A program made the position numbers and the translations under genes. DNA of 64,000 bases, the filler included, from Diploschistes diacapsis (Eukaryota): the NCBI GenBank assembly GCA_023645945.1. It is 12 parts of 12 records of this genome, joined end to end, with 100 filler letters (N's around TTAATTAATTAA, not from the genome) between each part and the next. Parts side by side here need not be neighbours in the genome. Positions count along the whole stretch, not along the records: positions 36,500 to 39,867 come from JALAIB010001936.1; positions 39,968 to 43,333 come from JALAIB010001937.1; positions 43,434 to 46,791 come from JALAIB010001938.1; positions 46,892 to 50,249 come from JALAIB010001939.1; 8 more parts are not named here. One strand, written 5' to 3'. The notes below the pieces were generated by a model. That model did no database searches. It saw nothing but the letters and a program-made list of their open reading frames with translations, and was not told the DNA's origin. Below, piece after piece: positions 36,500 to 47,308 of this stretch (the first letter of the stretch is position 1; each line of letters opens with the position of its first letter).

Positions 36500-36965
36500 A
36501 GCCCCTCCTCCATCTCCATCTCCATATCAACCTCCTCTTCCCCATCCCCATGCCCATCCGCCGGTCCCCCCTTCTTCCCATCCTCCGCAACAACGCGCTC
36601 CACGCCCGCCACCACAACAACCGGCAGGCCGGCCCAGAGCAGATACGGGTGCCGGCCCGCGCGCGGCGCCAGCAGCCAGGCCGACAGCAGCGCGCCGAGC
36701 GCCAGCGAGGAGAGCAGCGCGTGCAGCGCGCCGGCGCGCCGCCGGAGGCGCGAGAACGCGGCGTGCGCGGCGTGCGCGCCAGGGAGGCGCAGGAGCGCCG
36801 GCAGCGTCACGAGCGGCAGCGAGAGCGAGGAGCCCTGTGTTTTGGCGGTTAGTTGCCGAGGGAGGCGCGGGCACGGGAGGAAGGAAATTGGGGGACGGGT
36901 ACGGTGAGCAGGCCGAGTGATGTGAGGCCGATGAATTTGGAGAGCGTCGAGGTCGGTTTGGACAT
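36500..36965 (-). CDS. ATG33: Atg33/Scm4-family mitochondrial membrane protein, 3'-truncated
   Basis: MSKPTSTLSKFIGLTSLGLLT | G..VTLPALLRLP..APRAGRHPYLLW. Confidence 0.75.
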
Positions 36966-37752
36966 GGTGGGTCTGGATGGGGGATGATGTTGTGGTGATG
37001 GGTGTTTGTGGGATGGGTTTTGGGGAAGGGGTTGTTGGTGCTAGTATGTGATGGCGAAGGAGCTTTTTGTTTTGTGAGTGAGTTTTCGGAGTGGGGGAGC
37101 TGATTGGTTGGTTGCGCTCGGGGTTAGGGGAGGTTGTTTGGGAGGGCTTATCTCCGTCACGGTAGGGAAAATGATGCTTTACTTGGCCTTGGCAATAGAA
37201 CCAAGGTTCTACAACTCGAGAACGCCATTTCGATGATGCGAGACTTACCGTGGACGCATGCCTCAGTGAGTGCTCTGTTTCTGTGCATATCACCATGCCT
37301 TGAGCGCTTCTTGAGGGGAGTCGATCTGACATATGCGGAAAAGAGAAGCGATTTGTGACTGCGGAATCAGGTCCCATGCCCATTTAGTAAGGGAAAGCTT
37401 ACCTCCGGGCAGTCTGCTGAGGGTAGGGCAGCGGGGGCAGCTACATTTCGTGGGACCCATGTTCCGCTGATGCCTCCAAACTCCCCTAATGTTATCTCCA
37501 AATTAGTTGCAGGGGTAGCTCCGCGATTTACCTCGGCCCAGATTACTGAGTCGACAGGCATCACTTCTCTCGCGACTATTGAAAGGCGCACCATTTCCCC
37601 AAGTCTTCCATTTTGTCCTTCTTTGTCTACATTGTATTTCTCTTGCTTCTCCCTTTAGCATCAAACTGCGTGAAACCGCCCTCGACCGCTCGGTAACGGG
37701 TGCTTCTCCCAATCACACAAGTCCCCCACCTCCCCTCCTACCCAGTTCTATA

Positions 37753-38864
37753 ATGCCGATCTCTCCCTCCGAGTACATCTCCGCCTCCTGGTCCAAGGAC
37801 CAATTCACGAATAAAGTCGTCTTCTGCACCGGCGGCGCGGGCACGATATGCAGCGGACAGGTGCGCGCGCTGGTGCACCTCGGCGCCGACGCCTGCATTA
37901 TCGGGCGCAACGTGGAGAAGACGGAGGCCATGGCAAAGGACATTGCCACGGCACGGAGCGGCGCGAAGGTGATCGGCATCGGGAACGTGGACGTTAGAAA
38001 AGTCGAGAGCCTGCAGGCCGCGGTAGAGCGATGCGTGAAAGAGCTGGGCGGAGTGGACATTGCCATGTGAGTTGCGGCCATTCTTTGCGCAAGAGGGAGA
38101 CACAACCGGGCGGTTATGCAACACGTGGACCCATAGTCATCGACCGGCTAAAACCGGCACAACGCTGACACTCTGCTGTCCCACAGAGCCGGCGCAGCAG
38201 GCAACTTCCTCGCGCCCCTAACCCAGCTCTCGCCCAACGCCTTCAAGTCCGTCATCGACATCGACGTGCTGGGCTCCTACAACACCGTCAAAGCCGTGCT
38301 CCCCCACCTCGAAGCCTCCGCCAGGAAGAACTCCGCTTCCTCCCCCGCCCGCATCATCTTCGTCTCCGCAACCCTCCACTACACCGGCCTCCCGCTGCAG
38401 ACGCACGTTATGGCCGCCAAGGCCGCCGTCGACGCGCTGTCCTCGAGCTGCGCCATCGAACTGGGCCCCAGGGGGATCGCGAGCAACGTCATTGCGCCCG
38501 GCGCGATCGAGGGGACCGAGGGCATGGAGAGGCTGGCAAGAAAAGATGATATGGTGAATGCGGCGCGGACAACGCCGATGGGGAGGGTGGGCCGTGTGAA
38601 GGACGTGGCGGATGCGACGGTGTATCTTTGTAGCGATGCGGGGGCGTTTATTAATGGGACCATTGTTGTTGGTGAGTTCTTTTTCCATTCGTTGAGTGGT
38701 GGGGGATCATGGGTAGCGAGGGTTGAGCTAATGTAACTACAGTCGATGGCGGATCGTGGCGGACGTCGTCCGCTAATCCGGGGACCGGGTTCCGGTATCC
38801 GGACTTTTTGCTAGGTGGGGAGACGGTGACGGGGGTTAAGGGCGGGAAGAAGTCGAAGCTATGA
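37753..38864 (+). CDS. SPS19: Peroxisomal 2,4-dienoyl-CoA reductase (SDR)
   Basis: VVFCTGGAGTICS, AGAAGNFLAP, NVIAPGAIEGTEG, C-terminal SKL (PTS1); two introns. Confidence 0.93.
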
Positions 38865-40029
38865 ATGGGGTGCTTGTAGGTATGAAGTCCGAGTTGTATG
38901 TTTTGATTGGCTGGGTATGGGATAAGGGAGTGTATGCTACGATTGGGTATCATAGATGATGTTCTCTCTCTCGAGTTTCAGGATCCTTCCCCATCTATCG
39001 TTGCTTCTGCAAGCAAGAGTCACCTATTGTTGTTGGTCTCTAATGTCCGCTAAAATTTCGGTGTCTTCTACGAGTCTCCTCAGCTAACAGTGCCACTGGC
39101 AGCTGGATTTCCTTTTCTATTTACAAGTCAGTAGCACATCTTGTGAGAACACCTTCTGGTTGAAGCATTCAAGAAGCGAGAGCATGTATCATGAATCTGT
39201 TGCTGAATCTGCCATCAACCTTTTTTCCCTTCGGGAATGGGCTTCCTCAACGCAGCGCGCTGCTGCTTCCCCTTCGCAACCTGCTTTTCTTTGTTGAGCG
39301 AGCACGTGCTAAGATCTGGCAAGCGATGCCTTTTCCGAACCGACTCCAAAGGAACCATACGAGGCTCGAGACGCTCAACCTCGCAGTCGGCGGATTCCAT
39401 GACATGGAAGCCATCGACCACAACCACGCATCCACGTGCACGTGCACATTAGCTCCCAGCTTTCCATCGCGGTGCCGTTTCAACCCTCCGCAGCTCCTTT
39501 GGCACGACTTGAGAGACCGGGAGTGTAGAGGCTCAAAGGGAAACAACGGCATTCAGCATTTCGAAAATGGACAAAGCCTCGAGAACAAAGCCCACGATTC
39601 ATCCTCCTACTCGTCGAACGCAAGGCCTCGACAAAGGCCATTATGCTTGCTACACACCCCCCACCGTTTAAAATGCATGCTCGACTCTCCTATCCGCTCA
39701 CCATCACTGTCTACCACCACACTACCACCACAATACTAAACCGTGCCCCCAACCGAACCTACCACACCCACCAAACCAAGCAGCCGACAGGTAAGTCTCC
39801 ATCCCTCCAGCACCACGCCCCCCACCAGCCAAGACCGAAATGTGCTGGCGTCTCACCACCATAACCCNNNNNNNNNNNNNNNNNNNNNNNNNNNNNNNNN
39901 NNNNNNNNNNNTTAATTAATTAANNNNNNNNNNNNNNNNNNNNNNNNNNNNNNNNNNNNNNNNNNNNGACAGAGAAAGTATCTATAGAACCATAATACTT
40001 ATCATGTAATTTATGTGTATAGTAGGCAG

Positions 40030-40860
40030 AATAGCACTTGCCCACTTAACGGCCCATCCCACAAAGCGGCTCACTATCCCTGCACCTTCGTAAAATGTAT
40101 TTCTTAACATTTTCACCTTTCGTACGATAACATTCTTTTATTATAAATACTCAAGAAGGCCGAATCGCTTTAGCATTAAATGCTTTATAATCAAAAGAAT
40201 GTAAATCCGTACGATAAGTTAGTGAACGATTTGGAATTCTTTTAATAACGTTCCGTCATTATCGAAATAATAAAAAAATTAAAAAAGAATGGGCCGTTAT
40301 ACGACAAAATTTATAATCATAGAAGAAGAATCGCTCGTACGATGGATTCTTTTAATGAACGAACGAGGATTCTCTATACGAAAAGATACTATTGTTATAA
40401 GTGTAAATATTATCCTTCGCGATCGTACGAACAATTCCGCATTAAAAATCGGAATAAATTAGATTAATCGATTTCTTTAACGATAATAATCTAGTTTACG
40501 TGTCAAAATTCTTCGAAAATACGATGAATAAAAAGCTCGAAATAAAAATTTAAATATCGTACGAAAATAATTTCGCATCGTACGAGAAAAGATTAATGAA
40601 TACAATATTTATCCGAAAGATATCTACAATTTCGATGAAACAGGGTTTCAAATGGGAGTAATTATAAATATAAAAGTAATTATTATATCTGAAATATATG
40701 GTCGTTTTGTACATCTTTAACCAGGAAATCGAGAATGGGTGACAGTTATCGAATCTATCAATATTTCGTACGAAGTAATATTACCTATGGTTATGTTCGC
40801 GGGCAAATGGCATCAAAAATCTTAGTACGACGTTCTTCCAAAAGATTGGACAATCGGAAT
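40030..40860 (+). pseudogene. RIP-inactivated pogo/Fot1 (DDE_1) transposase
   Basis: EEESLVRWIL, DIYNFDETGFQMG, PGNREWVTVIE, LPKDWTIG, with many stops; truncated by an LTR at 40861. Confidence 0.9.
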
Positions 40861-41295
40861 TGTTGAAAGTGGTGGAAGTTCCTAATTGGTAACTGATGAC
40901 TAAGAGTGTATTCTTCAGCTAGTCCTAACTAGGGAATAATCCTAGCCTGCCTAGCCTGGTAGCTGACTATTGTTCAGTAATAATATATTGAAGAGGTTGA
41001 AGGTTATAACTAAGAACGATGGAGGGTGAGAGGCCTTTTATAGGCACATTTCACGCTAGTGTGATTATTAATAATTTAATGTAGACTGTTCCTTATCCTT
41101 TCCAATCATTCCAGGCATTAGTAAGCCGAATATTCTAGAATATTCTAGAATATTCGATCATATTCGATCATATTCGATAATCTTCGATGATGTTCTATTA
41201 TATTCTAGAATATTCTAGAACCTTCCAGAATATTCGAACATGCTAGAAAGCTTAGTAAACAATCTTACTAACCTATTTAAATTAATATTCTGACA
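40861..41295 (+). mobile_element. LTR (TGTTG..TGACA) containing TATTCTAGAA-type 10-mer repeats
   Basis: The first ~140 bp match the reverse complement of ~50585-50739. Confidence 0.7.
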
Positions 41296-41297
41296 TT

Positions 41298-41535
41298 CAT
41301 CACGAAAGGTTTTTGGCAGCGAAACACCGCGAAAACCTATATAGTGCGCGAAACTAACGAAATCGAAAAACCGGCAACAGATAATACCTTTAAGCGACTC
41401 GCCAACTTTCATTAAACATTTTAGCGAAACGTGGCGAAACTGACGAAACCGGGGAAACTGACGAAATTGGCGAAATTGGCGAAACTGACGAAACTAACAA
41501 AACTAATAAAAACTGGCGAAGGTGGCGAGGCCAAT
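41298..41535 (+). mobile_element. Terminus of an unclassified DNA element with 9-bp subterminal repeats (CGAAACTGR)
   Basis: CATCACGAAAGGTTTTTGG..AAACACC..AAAACCT..AGTGCGCGAAACTA recurs, inverted, at 50740-50817. Confidence 0.6.
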
Positions 41536-42051
41536 CATTTTTTTTACTAAAATATTAAGTAAGTAAAAATTAATAATTATTCGAAGATTCTAAGGAGTTC
41601 TAGACTAGTCTAGAACCGAATAGAACACTATCGAGGATTCCACTAGCAATTTTCGATTATTCAATCAGTAACTGGAGGCTATTAGGAAGGATCATCGGAT
41701 CATTTGATTATTAATTCAATATTTGGATTAATGATCCAATCATATTTGGACCATGGATCCAATAAATGTTGGATAATTAGATCCACTATTATATTGGATT
41801 ATGGGTCGAATAATGTTGGATTATAAACCCAACATTTATGGGAGATTAATGTATTATTAATCATTGAGCACTAGTTAGGTGAAATGCGTCTATAAAGCAC
41901 CTCTCACCTTCCATCTTTACCAACGTTATCTTCATTTTTATTACTTCTTACAATAATAACACTTTATTATTATACGCAAGCTATTCAGTTTCTATTTTAT
42001 TAATTGTTCTTGCCTACTTAGTGATTCTATTTCCCATTTTTAGCATTCCGA

Positions 42052-42445
42052 ATGCGTTATCTATTTTTATTCTTACTTTGCTCGAATGTTTACGGCCAGG
42101 ATTTTATCGATAATCTCCATTCTCGTGAATTTAATTCTTTAAACATTCGTGATAACGACGATTTATCCAACCCTTTCTATACCCGCGACATTCAATATAG
42201 CCGTCTATTCGCTCGCGACGATCTCTACCCCCGAAATCCTTATTACAACCAGCTTGTTTCCAGAACAGCAGTTAATCCATGGACATATGACTGTTCAGCT
42301 TGTACCCTTACACAAATGATATCATCAAAGGAAAAACCTAAAGATCCTGTAAGTTATCTATTAATAAAAATTAATTTTAACTAATTATCTTCAGCATTGT
42401 GCTGTATGTGGCAGTCGTGTAAGAGTTCGTAAAGGACGTGATTGA
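42052..42445 (+). CDS. Small secreted protein (115 aa) with repeated pro-motifs and a CxxC..CxxC domain; effector candidate
   Basis: TATAAA at ~41891; exon 42052-42348; 46-nt intron GTAAGT..CTAAT..CAG; exon 42395-42445 (HCAVCGSRVRVRKGRD*); signal peptide MRYLFLFLLCSNVYG. Confidence 0.8.
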
Positions 42446-42492
42446 TTTGTTAGCATTATTTATTCCGTTTATTTTCCGTAAATTATACCTGC

Positions 42493-42664
42493 TGTCAGTG
42501 GTAGTAGCTGGGGTTGCTACTAGGGTTACTGGTGGCAGGTGGTGCCGACCTCGCTGCCATTAGGCGAGGGCTATGACGATGCCGTTTGGCATCTGCTATA
42601 CATAATAGATTTTGCTTCAGCTTAGCTACAAATCTATACTCACTTCCTATACAATGATTTGACA
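42493..42664 (+). mobile_element. Probable short solo LTR (copy B of the 7141 repeat)
   Basis: TGTCA..TGACA inverted ends; core shared with 7141-7225; no TSD seen. Confidence 0.5.
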
Positions 42665-42861
42665 GATGATTTGCATATCAGTCAGATTATTAACCTTAAT
42701 ATATAATTTATCTGGCGTTTATTATTAATAATGTACCGAATGTTTTAGAAGTGTTACTGTCACATGATTAACCTAAATAACTTAGTCTGTCTGACCAAGC
42801 ATTTAGTGGACCCGGAGGTTCTAAGAGGTTCTGGAGTGGTCCCGAACTTAATAGATCATTA

Positions 42862-43333
42862 ACATATTTCATAAGTTATCCGCCCACATAAGTTATCGGC
42901 CCACCTCCTCCTTTTTTACGTGTTTTCGACCTATAACTTCATATATCTTAATTATCATTATTTCAATTGATATGTAGTAAGAAAAGTGGCTATGATTAAT
43001 TATTAAAGTAATAAAAACTGATCAATTATCTTTATACGGAAGGTTATAAAATATACGATATTTTTCGATCCATTTAACGTAATAGATTTTAAGGATCTCG
43101 AGAATAACGCGTACGGAATCATACGAAGCGCAAATTAATAAAAACGGAAGAATATACGTTTCTGTTGAGCAGATAGGTAGAAGGCATGACTGGAAGTTCG
43201 ACTGAGTTCTAGAAGGAGGTTTAGTTCAGCTAAACTTCGGGGTTTAGTTTAATTGAATTTTTTAGGATTTTAATTAAACCGATCGGGAATAATATTAAAA
43301 ATAAGATTTAACGGATTCCGTAAGATATAAAAG
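42862..43333 (+). mobile_element. Second pogo/Fot1 5' relic interrupted at 43163 by a short LTR
   Basis: TIR-like duplicated CATAAGTTATC.GCCCAC and an eroded HTH region; the LTR TGTTGAGCAGATAGG.. is homologous to 50379-50533. Confidence 0.6.
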
Positions 43334-43433
43334 NNNNNNNNNNNNNNNNNNNNNNNNNNNNNNNNNNNNNNNNNNNNTTAATTAATTAANNNNNNNNNNN
43401 NNNNNNNNNNNNNNNNNNNNNNNNNNNNNNNNN

Positions 43434-46181
43434 TCTTAAAATATTTTAATAATATATTCTATATTACATCCTTTTCTTTTATTTTTAAGACAATTCTATT
43501 CTTTTATTAAATTTATCTTTATCTCGTAGACATAGTTTTAATTTTATATCCTTAATAGACCTATATTTACGACGTCGTTGTATTTTTACTCGAACTCGGC
43601 GATCCGGTTTATCGAATGTCGTTATAATTCTCGCTCGGTGATTCATATGTTATCGGTGGTATCGTATCTTATTTATCGGATTAAATACTGCGTACTTTAT
43701 CCGCGTTCTTTACGTATATGGCGTTTAATAAATAATCGTTTTACTTCGTACTCTTCCTCAATTTTTATTATTATAAATAGCGGCGGTAAAGATCGTCGGC
43801 GGTAAAAATCGTTAATTAAATCTAACACCGGCTCGAGATATACGATATTAATAATATTATAAATATAATAATAATCCGGTAATTATAATCTATAAACCAA
43901 CTTACTTACGCGTTTTAAGATCTTAAAAGATTTAATAAGTTAAACGAAAAGCTTGACATTAACAGCGATAAACTATTTATATTTACGATATAAACGTAAT
44001 ATAATAGAATCTTTAATTTTTATAAAGCAGGCCTTATAACGCTTATCGTAAATTTCCTTTATAATAATCTTAGTTATAATTTGCGCGTTTTTAACGTTTA
44101 TTATTTCTAAGCGTGGCTTAATTAATTTAACGATTTCACGACGTTTATACTATCGCTCTCCTAGTTGTCCATCTCGGGTGTGTGGAGTAGGTACTATATC
44201 GCGAGCTTCGGGTCCTGGTGCTAGCTCGTTGACAGGTGCTTGATCCTGTCTGGCTGTATCTGGGACAGATGTCTCTACTAACACTAATATTCTTTCCGGA
44301 AAAGGCCCTCTATCATTCGGGTTACCCTAATCGTCAAGTGTGTCTCGTGGTATGTCACTTCCATCTGGCCTAGGTAATCTCGTTATATATTAATAATTCC
44401 CGTCGAGATAAATAACGGTATCCGTTAGATCTACGACTATTACCGATTTTTTAATATCTCGAGATATAATCGCGGTTTTTGGTTTTCCTTCCGTTATTTT
44501 ACCGGATCACAATTTTATTAAAAAAATTAGAATTATAAAGAATAAGATATAATAATAAAAAATAATAATTATAATATTTATAAATCAATCTTTACAGAAG
44601 AAAAGAGGAAATCTTTTTATAAAAACTCCTCTTATATGGACCTGCGGCCTTGTCGCGGCGTTAGGGCTGAGTTCCTCCGCTCGCCCGGAGGACTATCACA
44701 GCTATCTGTTACAGGGGTAATTCAGAGACGTATATTCCTCTTTCTTACAATTAAAATAAACTATTGACGAGAATTTTTTTAATCCGTCACGTTCTTTCTG
44801 TCTTCTTCCGGATCTTCTTCGGTTATATATCGGAACCCTAACGAAACTTTTATAAGAATATTTTATTTCCTTTCTTAGATTCTTCTTTCGATAAAGAAAC
44901 GAAGACGATAATTTATAAGATTTATCTTTACGGAACTTTTTCGCACCTTTATCGGTCTTTTCCAGCTTTATTATAAAACGATAAAATTATTATAACGTTA
45001 TCAAGACGATAAGATTTAGGTTTATTATAGAAGATTTTAAAAAAGTTCTCGTAATTTCGAGAAAAAATATTAGTACCATTATACTTCGGTATAGAGCTCG
45101 AGCTGCTCTTCAATATCCGTTAAATAATACACAAATTGCTATAAGGATTAATTATTTCCTTATTTCGCGTTTATATAACGATATGTTATATTTAACTCAT
45201 AATTCATTAAATCTTTAATTAAATCGAATAAATATTCTTTAAAATATCCCTACGTGATCGAATTCATATCGATTTTAGCTGCATAAGCGAACCAGAATTT
45301 CAAAAGATTTCCCCAGAGCGCCTGCGCCACGTAACGGACTTATAACGTAGCTATAAATAAATTTAGCATATTTATTTTTCGTGTATTATTAACTATGATG
45401 AATCATTCTCGGTATTCCGCCACAGACGACCCTTAATATTCTAATAAAGGTTGAGATCGGAGGTATCTTATAGCGTTAATAATATTTTACTAAATACGGC
45501 TCTCTTCAGAGTAACTTACGTGTCGTGCTATATTTTAATTATTAAAAAAATAATTTAGATCTCTAGATTTATTATTTCTATACTTAAATCTTAGATTCTT
45601 TTTTGTTTTAGTAATCTTTCTGGTTTTCTTTCGAGATAAGCGATATATTCTCGATAACTCGCGAAGGGTTTACGTCCGATAAATATTGTTTTCCGATAAT
45701 AGAATTTAATTGATCTCCGTTTGATTTAAGAATTTCAACGGCGACGCGTTTTTCTTTAACGATTTCTTTTTTTCGCGAAGTTTTTACGGTTATCAACCGT
45801 AAAGATTCCGGTAAGGTCTCGTTATATATTAATAATCCCCGGCGGGATAAGACAACGGTATCCGTTAAATCTATTATTATTGACCGTTTTAAATTTTATC
45901 GCCTTATACGCGGTTTTTTAATATCTCGAGATGTAATCGCGGCCTTTCGGTTTCCTTTCGTCATTTTACCGGACCATTATTCTATTAAAGGAAGAGAAAT
46001 TAGAACTATAAAAGATAAAATATAATAATATAATAATAATAATTATAATATTCATGAACTAATCTTTAGAGAAAAAAAATCCTTTTATAAAAACTCTTTT
46101 TATGTGGACCTGCGGCCTTGGCGCGGCGCTAGGGCTGAGTTCCTCCGCTCGCCCGGAGGACTGTCACAGCTATCTGTTACA
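43434..46181 (-). mobile_element. Nested RIP-mutated Gypsy chromovirus copies (two 5' ends, gag Zn-knuckle, integrase tail, chromodomain)
   Basis: Repeats 44379-44712 and 45818-46181 begin TGTAACAGATAGC on the minus strand; VYFNCKKEEYTSLNYP (eroded CX2CX4HX4C) at ~44715-44765; EEEYEVKRL..QYLIR* chromodomain at ~43600-43760. Confidence 0.85.
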
Positions 46182-46891
46182 TGTACGGACCCGGTTTAGC
46201 GAAGGTTACGAACGAAAGAAGTAAGATCTTTTTAGACGAATATACTTAGAATATTTATTAAAACCAACGTCAATATTAGAAGGAATTATGAAACAAAGGT
46301 GATCGAAAATTAATTAAATAAGAATTATAGGCTATTTTAGGAAAGTGTCGAAGGGATTCGATTTCGTCGGCGAGGCGAAAACGTTCTTTTCTTTTGTTAC
46401 GGCGTGTGATTTTGTGTTGACGAAGAGTAGAGGAATCCATTAAGAAGGAATGAGATAGGGACACGTTTTCGTTTATATAATTACACCTTTCGGTGAATTG
46501 TCGGGCCGATAATATTAAAAGAAAGAAATAATGTTACGATCTAGATAATTAATCTATCACGTTCTAGCCACTTATTTAAAAACTTACTGACGTTCATATC
46601 ACGTGAGTTATTGGAGCGAGAAACGCCGTTCTATATGTTTTATAAGAGCAATAAATAGCTCTTCTTCTGTTCCATAAAAGCCACCGTTGGCGCTTCCTTC
46701 GCTTCTTGAGAATTAAAAGAACTAACATTAGTGCTTTATCGAAAGCTTATTTATATAATTCTCATACTAGGACTGTTTATGTCCTATATATNNNNNNNNN
46801 NNNNNNNNNNNNNNNNNNNNNNNNNNNNNNNNNNNTTAATTAATTAANNNNNNNNNNNNNNNNNNNNNNNNNNNNNNNNNNNNNNNNNNNN

Positions 46892-47308
46892 CTGGCCCCC
46901 AAAGTTCCCTCCTCCATTCTCCTCTTCCTTAACCTTCCTACATAGCGCCTCGGCGAGAACGCCGCTGCCGTCATCGATCAACACGCTCCAAGCTCCCAAC
47001 TTCTCCACTAGCCCGGAGTCCACGACGATGCCGCAGATATCGACAAAGGGTATGGGATGATTGAGATGATGGTACAAGGGCAGTGCAGGGCCGGCGGTAG
47101 AAGTGATGGAGGCGTCGAACCCGGGCGGTACTCGGAGTCTTTGTAGAAAAGCAGCCGTGATTTTGATCCAGGTGTTAGTGAGGGGATGCGAGGAGTGGGT
47201 GTAAGCGGGGTAATAGGTGGGGTTTGGGGAGGGAGCAGCTGAAAGGGCGGTGGTGCTCTCTTTACGAGCGGAAGATGTCGTTCGAAAGGTAGAGCCGGAC
47301 TTGGGCAT
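46892..47308 (-). CDS. STN1: Telomere-capping CST subunit Stn1, N-terminal OB fold, truncated
   Basis: YYPAY..P..NTWIKIT..GF..LNHPIPFVDICGIVV..LIDDGSG matches the fungal Stn1 pattern. Confidence 0.8.

Noticed and set aside
39191..39867. ORFs downstream of SPS19
   Set aside because: Short, stop-interrupted and without a recognisable domain.
44379..46181. Two direct repeats as the paired LTRs of one small (TRIM-like) element
   Set aside because: The homology extends through leader and gag start in both copies, so they are two 5' ends.
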